Below are positions 50,935-61,665 of a stretch of DNA of 64,000 nt, one piece after another. The stretch spans positions 662,574 through 726,573 of the forward strand of contig CAWCJM010000003.1 in assembly GCA_963795875.1 (NCBI GenBank). The letters run 5' to 3'. Below the pieces are notes generated by a model. It was not told the DNA's origin. It saw nothing but the letters and a program-made list of their open reading frames with translations, and made no database searches. The position numbers and the translations under genes were made by a program. The stretch's first letter is position 1; the number at the start of each line of letters is the position of its first letter. Origin of the DNA: an uncultured Acidobacteriaceae bacterium (lineage in GTDB: Bacteria; Acidobacteriota; Terriglobia; Terriglobales; Acidobacteriaceae).

Positions 50935-51623
50935 CTCTCCTGATGGCCCGCTCCAGAGCCCGGTTCTACTCGCGATCTGATTGAACTGATGGTCGGCTAC
51001 GGGCTGATCCTGTTCGTGCTGTGGATGCCGGAGTTTCCGCAGCGCATTCTTTCTCCCGTCGCGCTGGTGGTGACACTGACGATCGTGCTTGGCGCGGCGG
51101 CCAAGTCTGGACGACCTCGGCATCGGCCTGCCGCGGGCTGGTGCCGTCGTTCTGGATTCTTCCCGCTGCGATCGTCGCTCGCGTCGTGAGCGTGCTGGTG
51201 GCCAAGCAAATCGGCACGTTGCATCCGCTGTACAAAGGCGACTTCAAGCACATCTGCCGGCTACGTCCTGTGGACGCTCTACCAGCAGTTCCTGCATGAA
51301 CGATTGTTCATGCCGCGCCTCACGCGGCTTCTGGCGAGCGAAGCGCTGCCGTAGGTCTAGCCGCGGTGTTGTTCGCGGCGGCGCATCTGCCGAATCTGCC
51401 GCTCACGGCGGCGACGCTGGTTTGGGGAGCGATCTCGTGCGCGCTGTTCCGGCGCTACCGCAACCTCTATGCTCTCGGCCTCGCCCAGGGACTGCTCGGG
51501 CTTTGCTTCGCCGTCTGCGTGCCAGATTCGCTGCATCACCATCTGCGCGTGGGGCTGGGATATCTGCGTTATTCCGCGACTGCAGCCTCGTCCGTAGTGG
51601 TTGCGCGGAGCGAGCCTCCTTAG
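50935..51623 (+). CDS. CPBP-family intramembrane protease-like protein; start uncertain; 2-3 apparent frameshifts
   Basis: ...LIELMVGYGLILFVLWMP..., ...YQQFLHERLFMPRL..., ...AAVLFAAAHLPNLPLTAATLVWGAISCALFRRYRNLYALGLAQGLLG. Confidence 0.5.
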
Positions 51624-51910
51624 CAACTCTGCGCTCGTCTAATTTCTGCAATAAGTCGTTGAGTCTTCGTGTAAGTGATTGAAAAGTCGTAGGAGGGCTC
51701 TGGCGACCTCAGGACGCGCGCTTCTCGCGCGAACGAAGATTACCTCATCCGCATGGTCGATCGTCGCTGCCAGGGTCGTTTCCGGCCCGGGGAAGGGCAT
51801 TCTAAGTGATCTGGAGGATAGCTTTCTGGCCAAGAAGGAATCGATTCGTCATTTGTATGTACAGTTCTGTACGGAAGCGGCTCCTGCGATCACTTTTCCA
51901 CTCGTCGGCT

Positions 51911-52789
51911 CTAAAACCACCAGGACCACAACCAATCCACGCAGGTATGCGTGATGGCTGACGCCGGCACGCGGCGGTTCTCACGCCAGGCACGGCCGTA
52001 GAAAATCCCTGCGATTGTGGCCAGAAGAACATAGCGCCAATTGAATTGTGCGGAGCGCTTGTTGAAGTGCGACAGGCCGAACAGCACCGAGGCGATCACG
52101 AGAGCGGCATTGCGTCCGACTCGGCGCTCGAGCAGGTTTTGAACCCAGGCGCGGAAGAAGAGTTCTTCCAGGACGGCGACGAAGATGAAAATTCCCGCCC
52201 ACGAGAGGATCGCTTTGCCGAAAGAAGGGAGGTTGGCGTGGGGATGGAGGAAGCCGAGCGCAAGCCCCAGCGCGATCACTACGGGAGCGAAGAGCAGGAG
52301 TTCGCGCAAGCCAGACTTCCAATCGCTCAGGCGCAGATGAAAATCAAAGCCAGTGCCGTCGAGACGGCGAATGGCAAGAAAGCCGTAGAGGCCCGCGTCC
52401 AGGAGAAGCAGGTTGTTCAAGCCGCGCAAGCCGGGCGGCCAGGCCGCGTCGAACCAGCGCAAATCGACGGCCAGACCCAGGGTGAGAAGAATGACAGCGT
52501 CGCGCCAGTTGCCTCGCTGTTCGGGATCGGCCGTTGCCGCACGCGCCAGCAGCCACGCGATCACGACGGGCAAAGCGGCGTATAGAACGAACCATTGCCA
52601 ACGAAATAGATGCTGCGTCGCCGCGATGACGAGGTACGGCAGAGCCAGCATCGCGGGCAGCGCCAGTTGCACGGCACGCGGCCAGCGAGCGACGGCCGTT
52701 GCCACGCTCTCGGCCGCAAATCCAAAGGCCGCCGCAGGCGCTAATTCGGCGATCAGGACCGTAATTACGACCGGCGTTGCATTCGACAT
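51911..52789 (-). CDS. CPBP-family intramembrane glutamic endopeptidase (CAAX protease-like)
   Basis: VAVLEELFFRAWVQNLL...ASVLFGLSHFN...IAGIFYGRAWR...ITHTCVDW. Confidence 0.75.
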   Translation of the reverse strand: MSNATPVVITVLIAELAPAAAFGFAAESVATAVARWPRAVQLALPAMLALPYLVIAATQHLFRWQWFVLYAALPVVIAWLLARAATADPEQRGNWRDAVILLTLGLAVDLRWFDAAWPPGLRGLNNLLLLDAGLYGFLAIRRLDGTGFDFHLRLSDWKSGLRELLLFAPVVIALGLALGFLHPHANLPSFGKAILSWAGIFIFVAVLEELFFRAWVQNLLERRVGRNAALVIASVLFGLSHFNKRSAQFNWRYVLLATIAGIFYGRAWRENRRVPASAITHTCVDWLWSWWF

Positions 52790-52879
52790 TCGCACTATCT
52801 TATCCGGGCCTGGTAACCGCCCGGCAAGTGCACGATTTCGATGCAACGCCGGTGTTCCCTCAAGTCGTGAGTGGCAATC

Positions 52880-53299
52880 CTATTTCCTGGGATGCGAATC
52901 CTCCGGACGAACGATGGCCAGTTCCATCTCGGCCTTGTGGGTCGCCAACTCCCGCTCGGCTGGCGAGCGGAACAGTTCCCGCCCGGTCGTATTGCCGGTC
53001 ACCCACACCGCGGAGAGGAAGTAAGTGTCTCCATAGCGATGGAACACCAACTTGCTGCCGTCGCTCGTGGTTCTCGTGCCAGCGTGGGTGGGGACGAAGA
53101 TACCGCGGGCCTGGTAATTGGAGATTCGGAGCGCATCGCCCAAGGCCGCGAGAATGTAATGGCCCGGTGGCAGGGCCTGTCCCCCGACGTTGAAAGTGAA
53201 GGGTACATCGACGACCATATCCCCGGGGTTGGTTTGCCCCATGAGGGATGACGCGACCGCGAACAGAGCCCCGAACAAACCGATCTGAAAGAGTCGCAT
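52880..53299 (-). CDS. Small secreted hypothetical protein
   Basis: Signal peptide MRLFQIGLFGALFAVASSLMGQ. Confidence 0.45.
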   Translation of the reverse strand: MRLFQIGLFGALFAVASSLMGQTNPGDMVVDVPFTFNVGGQALPPGHYILAALGDALRISNYQARGIFVPTHAGTRTTSDGSKLVFHRYGDTYFLSAVWVTGNTTGRELFRSPAERELATHKAEMELAIVRPEDSHPRK

Positions 53300-53603
53300 A
53301 ATTCTTCTCCTTTGAAATGGATTGGAACTGAACTGGCCCACTTTCCCAGCCTTGGAAGACTCGCCGGATCTGTTGCGGAGTGCGCATGCAGGAGGGGAAT
53401 CGCTTCAGCGCCGGACCGCACCGGCCGTGATTCACTTCCGGCGGCTCAGTGATTCGACCGCCGGCTTCGTCGTTAATCGGATAGTGACGTGAGGGGGATT
53501 TTCGTTACACGGAGTTGGTCAGGTTCTGCTTTAGATGACTGATGGCTTGTGCGAGGGGCTGCCTCGGGCTAGAATTCCGTGGAATCTTTGTAAGGAGGCA
53601 TTC

Positions 53604-54368
53604 ATGGCCGCTGCTCCGGTCTTACCCTCATCGCCGTCAACCCCCGAACCCGCGCCTCTTTCCGAGGGAGCGCGCATCGTTGACACCTTCATCGCACCCT
53701 CGAAAACATTCACCGACCTGAGGCGTAATGCAAGCTGGTGGGCGCCGTTTCTTCTGATGGTGCTGGTTTCGACGGTGTTCGTTTACACTGCAGGGCAGAA
53801 AATTGGATTCCGCAAGATCATGGAAAACCAGATGCAGGCGCAGCCCAAGGCGCAAGCGCGTCTGGAGAACCTCCCGGCCGATCAGCGCGAACAACAGATG
53901 GCGGGCGGAGCCAAGTTTACGGGAATCATTTCCTACGCCTTTCCGGTGATCACACTGATCATCTGGCTCATCATCGCGGGCGCTTTGTTTGGGACCTTCA
54001 AGTTCGCTGCCGGGGCAGACATCACGTTCAAGGTTTCGCTCGCGATTGTCATTTATGCCGCCCTGCCGCTAATGGTGAAGTCGTTATTGGCCCTATTGTC
54101 GGTAGTGGCGGGGATGAGTCCGGACTCGTTTTCATTTCAGAACCCGGTGGCCACCAATCCCGGCTATTTCATGAGTCCTTCGGACAACGTGTTCCTGTAC
54201 AGCCTGGCATCCGCGCTGGATATTTTCATGATCTGGACGCTGGCACTGACGGCGATCGGTTTTACATGTGTCAGCAAGGTGAAACGAGGTACGTCGTTCG
54301 CCATTGTTTTTGGATGGTGGGCGTTTTTCTCGTTGGCTGGTGCTGCGCTTGCCAGTGCGTTCTCGTAG
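53604..54368 (+). CDS. Yip1-domain membrane protein
   Basis: ...RIVDTFIAPSKTFTDLRRNASWWAPFLLMVLVS..., then 5 TM segments. Layout matches the YIP1 family. Confidence 0.6.
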   Translation: MAAAPVLPSSPSTPEPAPLSEGARIVDTFIAPSKTFTDLRRNASWWAPFLLMVLVSTVFVYTAGQKIGFRKIMENQMQAQPKAQARLENLPADQREQQMAGGAKFTGIISYAFPVITLIIWLIIAGALFGTFKFAAGADITFKVSLAIVIYAALPLMVKSLLALLSVVAGMSPDSFSFQNPVATNPGYFMSPSDNVFLYSLASALDIFMIWTLALTAIGFTCVSKVKRGTSFAIVFGWWAFFSLAGAALASAFS

Positions 54369-54378
54369 AGTCTTGCGG

Positions 54379-55203
54379 TTAGGCCGCAATCGATTCAATC
54401 ACCTGCACCCCGTCGGGCGGAAGTGTCACTTCGAGGCTGTCGAGATCTTCCCTCATGTGATCGGTGCTGGAAGTCCCGGTCAACGGCAAGATTCCGACTT
54501 CGCGGGCAAAGCTGAAGATGACCTGCGCCGGCGTTGCGTGCAGCTGCTGCGCGAGCGCGATGAGCTGAGCGTTCTTCAGAATTTCTCGGTTCGCGGTGAG
54601 CAGCGAGAATCCCTGGTAGAAGATCTTGCGCTGGTCGCAGAAGGATCGCACCTCGCGATCCCATCCCAGGCGGGCGAAGCAGCGGTTCTGGACGAACGTC
54701 GGGAGTTCCGCGTGGGCGGCCTCCATTTGCTCCAGGTGCTGCAACGAGACGTTACTGACGCCGAGATGCCGCGCGCGTCCAGCGTCGCGCTCTTTCCGCA
54801 TCGCCTCCCAGACCTCGGTGTCTGCATCGGTCCACGCCTCATGGGATGAGGGCCCGTGCAGCAGGTAGCTCTCGACGTGGTCGGTGCCGAGATGCTCGAG
54901 CGAACTGGCCAACGACTGCGCGACCTGGGCTGAGAAGCTTGCTTCGGGATCGTAGGGCAGGCGGTGGTCCTGTCCGCGCTGGTAGGTGAATTTGGTTTGC
55001 AGAAAAAGATCGGCGCGGGTCACGATGCCGTTGCGATAGGCCGCGGCCAGACCTTCGCCGACTCCAGCTTCGAAGTAGTGCTTGCGTTGGTTCGCCGTGT
55101 CGATGGCCAGAAAGCCCATGCACAGTGCGCGCTCGGTGAGAGCTGCGGTGCGCTCTTCCTTCCAGGCGGTGCCGTAAAGAAAATCTGGGAGGGATGAGGG
55201 CAT
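54379..55203 (-). CDS. Aldo/keto reductase
   Basis: FLYGTAWKEERT...AIDTANQRKHY...DLFLQTKF...LEHLGTDHVESYLLHGP...HLGVSN. Confidence 0.8.
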   Translation of the reverse strand: MPSSLPDFLYGTAWKEERTAALTERALCMGFLAIDTANQRKHYFEAGVGEGLAAAYRNGIVTRADLFLQTKFTYQRGQDHRLPYDPEASFSAQVAQSLASSLEHLGTDHVESYLLHGPSSHEAWTDADTEVWEAMRKERDAGRARHLGVSNVSLQHLEQMEAAHAELPTFVQNRCFARLGWDREVRSFCDQRKIFYQGFSLLTANREILKNAQLIALAQQLHATPAQVIFSFAREVGILPLTGTSSTDHMREDLDSLEVTLPPDGVQVIESIAA

Positions 55204-55374
55204 TTGGCCATTGTGCCATGAAAAGCGTTGAACCACGGAGGACACGGAGGTTCACAGAACAGCTCTCGAACTCTGTCTCCCCCTGTGCTCCCTGCGGTTG
55301 AAGTTTTTTGCACCGAAATGAATGACGGGGCAATCAGTGCGGGGTATATTCTTTAGTGCCTTTAGGAGGCCTCT

Positions 55375-55950
55375 GTGAAACGCACTCTCGCTGTTGTCTG
55401 TCTCCTCGTTTGCGTAACGCTTGCCCAAGCTCAAAATGCCACGAAGGCTGCACCAGCCGCGTCTGCAGCATCGACAGCCGCGCCGACCAAAGACCCGGTC
55501 GCTGCCGCTGCTCGACTGATTCTGCAACGCTTCCAAAACAACACAATCGGCGCCATCGAGGCGATGCCCGCCGACAAGTTCACCTACAAGCCCACAGCCG
55601 ATCAGATGACCTTTGGCCATCTGGCCGCGCACATCGCCAGTTCGAACGATCTCTTCTGTTCGAAAGCGGCCGATGTCCCGGCGCCCAAAGTCGACGAGCC
55701 CAAAGAAACCGATTCCAAGGATCAGCTCGTGGCTGCGGTAAAAGCGTCGTTCACCTTCTGCAGCGACGCGTTGGGCAAGATGGACGACTCAAAGCTGGGC
55801 GACACGATCGAACTGTTTCCAGGACGCCAATTCCCTCGCTCCCTCGCGGTGCTGGCAATCGCCAGCAGCATGTCGGACCATTACGCGGCAGCGGCGATGT
55901 ATTTGCGGCTGAACAACATTCTGCCGCCGTCGGCACAGCCGAAGAAGTAG
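55375..55950 (+). CDS. DinB-family protein with signal peptide
   Basis: MKRTLAVVCLLVCVTLAQAQ...MPADKFTYKPTADQMTFGHLAAHIASSN...SSMSDHYAAAAMYLRLNNILPP. Confidence 0.7.
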   Translation: MKRTLAVVCLLVCVTLAQAQNATKAAPAASAASTAAPTKDPVAAAARLILQRFQNNTIGAIEAMPADKFTYKPTADQMTFGHLAAHIASSNDLFCSKAADVPAPKVDEPKETDSKDQLVAAVKASFTFCSDALGKMDDSKLGDTIELFPGRQFPRSLAVLAIASSMSDHYAAAAMYLRLNNILPPSAQPKK

Positions 55951-56019
55951 CTTCCATACGAAGTGCGACCTGCCTTCGCTGCGAGGCGGCTGGGAATACA
56001 GCCGCCTCGTCTTCCCGCG

Positions 56020-56181
56020 AGTGGAGCTCGGCGATGAACTCGAACTTTTCGGCGGGCGCAAAGGATCGCGAGCGTTTGACCGATCGCGCTTACCAATGAT
56101 TGGGCCGACCACTACAGCTCGGCGGCGATGTATCTTCGCGTGAATCGCTTGCTGCCGCCGACGGCACGGCCGAAGAAGTAG
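56020..56181 (+). pseudogene. 3' remnant of a second DinB-family gene
   Basis: VELGDELELFGGRKGSRA..., then after a shift DHYSSAAMYLRVNRLLPPTARPKK*. This parallels KLGDTIELFPGRQFPRS...DHYAAAAMYLRLNNILPPSAQPKK* of 55375-55950. Confidence 0.6.
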
Positions 56182-56540
56182 GCAGCAGTCAGCACTCGGG
56201 CATATCGAACTGGTGTCGAGTAGGGCGCGGCGCTAGTTTTAGCGGCGTCCTGGACCGCTTTTCGGGTCAATAAGCGTAATCGGGATGCTACGCCAACGAC
56301 GTGCCACACTTGCATTCAGTTTAGGTCTTTGATCGCCCAGAGGAATACTCTATTCTTCCCATGGTCAGACATCTTCTGACCAGTTTCATCATCTACGGTT
56401 TCAAAAGCCATCTGTTCGCGACATGTAACCCGCTGCTCGGAATAATTCAGGTTCAACGGTCAAACGATTAGATTTAGAGCGCCTTACTGCTCGATGATAA
56501 TCGCGGTAGAACCTCCCGACCGTGGGGAGCGGAGGAACCT

Positions 56541-58267
56541 ATGAACAGAGTGCGCATTGGTACACTTGCGAGGTGGACAGCATGGAGTTTTTCTGCGGCT
56601 TTCGTCGCCTTGCTACTGCTCACGTTCGCAGCTTGTGGTGGTGGCGGGGTGACACAGCAGCAACAAGGCTCGTCGTATCCGTTTCTCCTCCAAGCGCCGG
56701 GCACTCTTAGACCTCTCGTGACGGTTGGGAGTTCGCTCTCGTACGCGATCAGTGCTAGTCCCGGTTCCGCCGGTTCCCCGCCCGGAGTAATTGCCGTCAC
56801 GATGTCCGGGATACCCTCAGGCCTGACCGTCGCCCCCGACTCCTTCTCAATGGATACAGCTAACAATGTTTGGTCGATGCCCGTAACGATTACGGCTTCT
56901 AGTTCGTTGCAGCCCGGGACTTATCCCATCACGGTCACGGGGACGAATCCAAGCGGGAGCTACTCAATAACGATCACGGTTGGCATCGTGGAACAGACAC
57001 AGCCACCCGCATCCTTGCACGCGAACGTGATGTATAGCTTTGGCGGCTCGCCGGATGCCTCCTCGGCAGCTGGTCCATTGATCTCGGACAACGTCGGCAA
57101 TCTTTATGGCGTAACACCCGATGGCGGTACGTATGAGTTAGGAGGAACGGTCTTCGAGCTTTCGTTTTCAAATGGTACCTGGCAAAAAACGGTTCTTTAC
57201 AGTTTTGATGACGGGCAGCCTATGGGTGTTCTGGTCTTCGACGGCACGGGAAATCTGTACGGAGTAACTGGGGAAACCGGCAATTTGTGCAACCCAAACG
57301 GCTGTAGCGGTTCAAGCATGGGAACCGTTTACGAGCTTACAGATACAGGATCGGGATGGCAGAGAACGGTGTTGCATACCTTTAGCGGCTCCCCAGACGG
57401 CGAGCAGCCGGGCGCTGGCTTGGTGATGGACAAAGCGGGGAACCTGTATGGAACTACGATGTATGGAGGCGATTATAACGCTGCTTGCGGTGGAGGGTGC
57501 GGCACGGTCTTCACCTTACAGCGCTCCGGAAGTGCCTGGGCCTACTCAGTCATCCACAAGTTTGGGTATTCGGATGGATCCAGCCCCCAATCACAATTGA
57601 TCTTTGATCCACAAGGAAATCTCTATGGCACCGCCTTCCTGGGGGGGGACACGAATTGTCCGTGGTTCCTGCGATTTTCGGTCGGCGTTCTTTCCGGTCC
57701 CGCATGCGGAACAGTCTTTCAGATGACTTTGTCGGGCGGTGTATGGCAAGAAAGCACGATTTACACGTTTCGCACAAGCGCTGAAGGCGCTGGTCCAACC
57801 GGGCTTGTGCTCGACTCGGCAGGCAATCTGTATGGATTCACCACTTTCGGCGGCTTCGATACCTCCCAATGTGCTCAGTGCGGAAATTTTTTTAAGCTGA
57901 CCCCCAGTGGTAGCGGTTGGACACTCACGCAACTCTATGATTCCTGGGTGATGACGATGGCATGCAGCCCTTCCACAATCTGGTTAGCGATCAAGCGGGG
58001 AATGTTTATGGCGTGACCCCAAATGGCGGCCCTCCGAATTGTGGTGATTCCAGTATCGGATATTACGGTTGCGGGAGTGTTGTTCGCCTTTCTCAAATTG
58101 GAGGACTAGGCCAGACCGGGCAGGGCTGGGTAGCAACCGCCTATTATGATTTTCCCGGCGGCGCCGTCGGTTCGTTGCCTAGTTCACTTACTTTAGTCGG
58201 GGGGCATCTCTACGTCACGACCCAGGGAGGCTCACCTGCTGGGCTCATCTTCGAGATGAGTCCATGA
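56541..58267 (+). CDS. Large secreted repeat protein (choice-of-anchor/GloVer-type tandem repeats, beta-propeller-like); one frameshift near 57950
   Basis: Repeats of the form LxSFxGxPDGxxPxAGLxxDxAGNLYGTTxxGG...CGTVFEL (for example VLHTFSGSPDGEQPGAGLVMDKAGNLYGTTMYGG). ORFs 56541-58016 and 57962-58267. Confidence 0.7.
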
Positions 58268-58409
58268 CAGACGGACGAGCATCTGCGCTTCCGTCAATTT
58301 CGTCCCTTCCATCTAGGTTCCCGGAACTAAGATGGCGCAATCAGGCCATTTTGCTCATTGAGAATTTCCGGCTCGCGCCGAGGTTGCGGAGTCACGCCTG
58401 GCCAAACTG

Positions 58410-59438
58410 CTATTTAATCTGCACCAGTTCGTGGGACGCGGGCGCCTCGGGCGTCGATGGGGCTGGATACTGCGGGGCGCGCCAGGAATCGAAGATCGAA
58501 ACCTGGTGCACGCACGACACCGTGCAGTGCGGGGCGCAGGATTTTTCGGTGAGATATTCGCGGCGCAGGTCGTCGCGGGTGTAGGTGGCGAGGGGAACTC
58601 CAGGATATCCGCGCTGCTGCGAGCAGTAGTGCACGAGCCCGTCTTCGCAGATGTAGAGATAGCGGCCGCCGGCCCGGCAACGCCAGTCGTTGGGCTGGCC
58701 TTTCGCAATGTTGTCCTGAAACGAGTTGATGCGGGTGAAGCTGCTTTTCTCGAGCGCCTGCATTTCGTGGTAGATGCGGCGCTCTTCGTCGCCCAGCGGC
58801 TGCAGCTGTCCGCTGCCGTCGTGAATAATTCCAATCGTTGACGTGAAGCCGAGTTCAATCGCGCGCTTGCCGATCACGAGCGCGTCCTGCGGGTGGGTGA
58901 TGCCGCCGCCAACTACGGAATTGATGTTCACGTGAAAGTCGGCGTGCTCGGCGAGCAACTGCAGTTTCTTGTCGAGAACCTTCAGGCTCTTCTTCGAGAC
59001 TTCGTCGGGATTCACGTTGTCGATGGAAATCTGCAGCCACTCGAGGCCGGCGCGGTTCAGGCGCTGGATGCGCTCGGCGACCAGCAGATACCCGTTGGTG
59101 ATGAGGCCGGCGATCATGCCGTTGGCGCGGATGCGGCGGATCACGTCGTCGAGTTCGGGATGCATGAGCGGCTCGCCGCCGGAGATGGTCACGACAGCGG
59201 TGCCCAGCGAGCCCAGCTTGTCGATGCGGCGGTACATTTCGTCGATCGGCACGGGCTTGGAGACGTCGTCGAACTCGTTGCAGTAGGTGCAGGCCAGGTT
59301 GCACCGGCGCATGGGGATGATGTGCGCCAGCAGCGGGTGGTCGGTGGAGGCAAGCGCGCGGACGGCCATGTTGGCCCCGCGCAGGTTGCGGTGCAGGGCT
59401 TTAGCGCGTCGACGCAAGGTTGTAAGTACAGATGGCAT
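58410..59438 (-). CDS. Radical SAM protein with a Cys-rich (SPASM-like) C-terminus
   Basis: [11 protein letters not shown] (CxxxCxxC), GGEPLMHP, and C-terminal [21 protein letters not shown]...CAPHCTVSC. Confidence 0.8.
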   Translation of the reverse strand: MPSVLTTLRRRAKALHRNLRGANMAVRALASTDHPLLAHIIPMRRCNLACTYCNEFDDVSKPVPIDEMYRRIDKLGSLGTAVVTISGGEPLMHPELDDVIRRIRANGMIAGLITNGYLLVAERIQRLNRAGLEWLQISIDNVNPDEVSKKSLKVLDKKLQLLAEHADFHVNINSVVGGGITHPQDALVIGKRAIELGFTSTIGIIHDGSGQLQPLGDEERRIYHEMQALEKSSFTRINSFQDNIAKGQPNDWRCRAGGRYLYICEDGLVHYCSQQRGYPGVPLATYTRDDLRREYLTEKSCAPHCTVSCVHQVSIFDSWRAPQYPAPSTPEAPASHELVQIK

Positions 59439-59556
59439 GAGGGTTATCCTCTATTACAGCACAGGCAGGGGCTTTCGCGCATGCGTGACCACAGTGTTTG
59501 GTAAGAAATCGGCAGCGAACGGCGCTGCACGCGCGCAGAAAGCGCTGGCGTGAGGC

Positions 59557-60333
59557 TCATGGGTGCAAATGCTTGAACTGCTCGAGCTCCAGCAACCGCG
59601 CACGGTAAAGAATCTCCAGACAGTCGAAGGTCTCCGGATCGTCGCCGCAGATCACATTGCGTTTCCGCAACCACTCTCGCTGTTCCTTCATGAGGATGTC
59701 GCTGTCCCCGTCGTTCAGATGGTCGAGCCATGATTTATAGCGCTCATTCAAACGCAGATCGAGGGCGGCTGCGGTGGACGAGCTGCAGATGGCATTCTCC
59801 ACTGCGGTCTTCGCCCGGTCGCAATCGAAGCTGGCCTTGTACTGCGGGGCGGCTTGGACTTCGGCCGTCTGAAATTCTTTGTGTTGGGAGTTCCACCGGA
59901 ACCGAATCACCAGTGGGTCGTCGCGGCCGGACTGATCGTGATAGGTTTCAACGAGCAATCCTTTCTCCACGCTGAGGTCATAGAAAGTGCGGCCGAAGAG
60001 CCTGGCTTGCTGTTGCTCGGCCGCGTCAGGGATCTTGAGCTCGGTGAGTGAACCGTCCAGCTGACGGACTAGCACCGCGTAGACATCAGGGCCCGCGGTG
60101 CCGGTCGCGCACGTGGACGCCACCACGACGGCCTCCTCATTTCCGTCTCCCGCAAAATCGAAATACTCCAGGTTGTTGATATCAACCCCCTCACAGTCGG
60201 GGGCTTTGCTGAAGTGTTTCTTGATATCGTCCTCGGAAATCTGCGGTTGGCGCTGCTGTGCGAGCGAGATGTAAGGGACAACCAAAAGCAGCAGGGTTGC
60301 GAAGCTCGATACGTGTCTGCCGTAGCTCGGCAT
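59557..60333 (-). CDS. Secreted protein with C-terminal LprI/DUF1311-like domain
   Basis: Signal peptide. C-terminal FDCDRAKTAVENAICSSSTAAALDLRLNERYKSWL...EQREWLKRNVIC-type motif (EQREWLRKRNVICG). Confidence 0.6.
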   Translation of the reverse strand: MPSYGRHVSSFATLLLLVVPYISLAQQRQPQISEDDIKKHFSKAPDCEGVDINNLEYFDFAGDGNEEAVVVASTCATGTAGPDVYAVLVRQLDGSLTELKIPDAAEQQQARLFGRTFYDLSVEKGLLVETYHDQSGRDDPLVIRFRWNSQHKEFQTAEVQAAPQYKASFDCDRAKTAVENAICSSSTAAALDLRLNERYKSWLDHLNDGDSDILMKEQREWLRKRNVICGDDPETFDCLEILYRARLLELEQFKHLHP

Positions 60334-60363
60334 GAGCTGAGTTTGACCCAGCCAGCACCGATG

Positions 60364-60765
60364 TCAAGAGGCAAGTTGGTGACCAGCTTCGCGCAGGATA
60401 TCCATGACGTTTCCCATGTGATCCTCCTGGAGCAACACGTAGTCTGTATCAAAGGTCGAGATGGCAAAGATCGGCACGCCATTTTTTGACAACGGTTCGA
60501 TGAAGGACAGGAGCACTCCGGTCAGCTCAAAGGGGAACGGGCCTTCAAGTTTCAGGCAGATCCAGCGGTGTGGGGAGTCAACGTCCGGCGGAACATTGTC
60601 TGCCGGGCAGACGATGGAGAGTTCGTCGGCGGTGCGGGTGATTGAGGTGAAGTCTCCTCTTGTTGCCCAGTCGGGGACGGGCGCGTCGGCGGCGAGGCGC
60701 ACGATGACGTAGGGGCCGGGGAGTTGGCGGAATTTGAGTCGGTGTTCATGATTCGCGGCCGTCAT
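60364..60765 (-). CDS. ACT-domain-containing protein
   Basis: ...YVIVRL...FTSITRTADELSIVC...WICLKLEGPFPFELTGVLLSFIEPLSKNGVPIFAISTFDTDYVLL. Confidence 0.65.
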   Translation of the reverse strand: MTAANHEHRLKFRQLPGPYVIVRLAADAPVPDWATRGDFTSITRTADELSIVCPADNVPPDVDSPHRWICLKLEGPFPFELTGVLLSFIEPLSKNGVPIFAISTFDTDYVLLQEDHMGNVMDILREAGHQLAS

Positions 60766-60855
60766 AAGCTGAAGCTAGAACAGCAGGTTTCTCGACTCGC
60801 CGTCGCAGTCGCTCCGGCTCGCTCGAAATGACAACTTACTTTATACCCCGAAGGT

Positions 60856-60900
60856 GCCGAGCTTCGCTCGGCGGACGGCCGAGGGCGGCTGTCCCCACAT
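60856..60900 (+). repeat. Hairpin-repeat family copy 'gccgagcttcgctcggcggacggccgagggcggctgtccccacat'
   Basis: Matches 47422-47464 (reverse complement) and partially matches 62843-62868 and 629-662. Confidence 0.6.
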
Positions 60901-60916
60901 AACCCCCACAGAACCG

Positions 60917-61606
60917 CTAACCTTCCACCGCTTTGCGCAGCGCGGCTCTGGCTAGAATGCGGGTGGAATCCAGCATGGGCAGCGGCGATTGTTCTTGTGT
61001 CATCAGCAGCGGGATTTCAGTGCAGGCCAAGGCGACGGCGTCGCAGCCTTCATCTTTCAAACCGCGGATGACTTCTGTGAAATAGGCTTGCGTGCGCGGC
61101 AGGAAAGTTCCCTGGACCAGTTCGTTGAAGATGATCTGGTGGATACGCTCGCGCTGGTCTGCGGCAGGTATGCGATGCTCGATGCCCGCTGCCTTCAACG
61201 TGTCGCGGTAGACCGGGCCGTCCATCAGCGAGCGGGTGCCGAGGATTCCGAGGCGTTTGTAATTGTGGCGCTTGGCTTCATTGGCAACCTCAACCGCGAT
61301 GTGAAGCCAGGGGCGGGGAGAGCGATGCTCGACCAGGTCGAAGGCCTGATGCACCGTGTTGACGGGGGCGATGAGGAAGTCCGCGCCAGCTTTCGCGAGC
61401 TTCTCGGCGGAAGAGAGCATGAGTTCCGCGACACCGGCCCAATCGTTGACGTCGATGCAATTCTTGTATTGAATGAAGGGATGTCCGTGCATCGACACTT
61501 CGGGATGGTTGTAGGCGCCGAGCAGGTCCGCGCCTTCAACGCAGATGGTGCGATAACAGAGCGCGGCGCCTTCCGCGCTGGATGCGACGATGCCAATGTG
61601 TAACAT
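60917..61606 (-). CDS. Aspartate/glutamate racemase-family protein
   Basis: MLHIGIVASSAEGAALCY...ADFLIAPVNTVH...LGILGTR...DAVALACTEIPLL. Confidence 0.8.
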   Translation of the reverse strand: MLHIGIVASSAEGAALCYRTICVEGADLLGAYNHPEVSMHGHPFIQYKNCIDVNDWAGVAELMLSSAEKLAKAGADFLIAPVNTVHQAFDLVEHRSPRPWLHIAVEVANEAKRHNYKRLGILGTRSLMDGPVYRDTLKAAGIEHRIPAADQRERIHQIIFNELVQGTFLPRTQAYFTEVIRGLKDEGCDAVALACTEIPLLMTQEQSPLPMLDSTRILARAALRKAVEG

Positions 61607-61665
61607 CAGTACTCAGTACGCGGTACTCGGTACCCAGTTCGAACCTCAGTCTCAGGTCTCACGTC

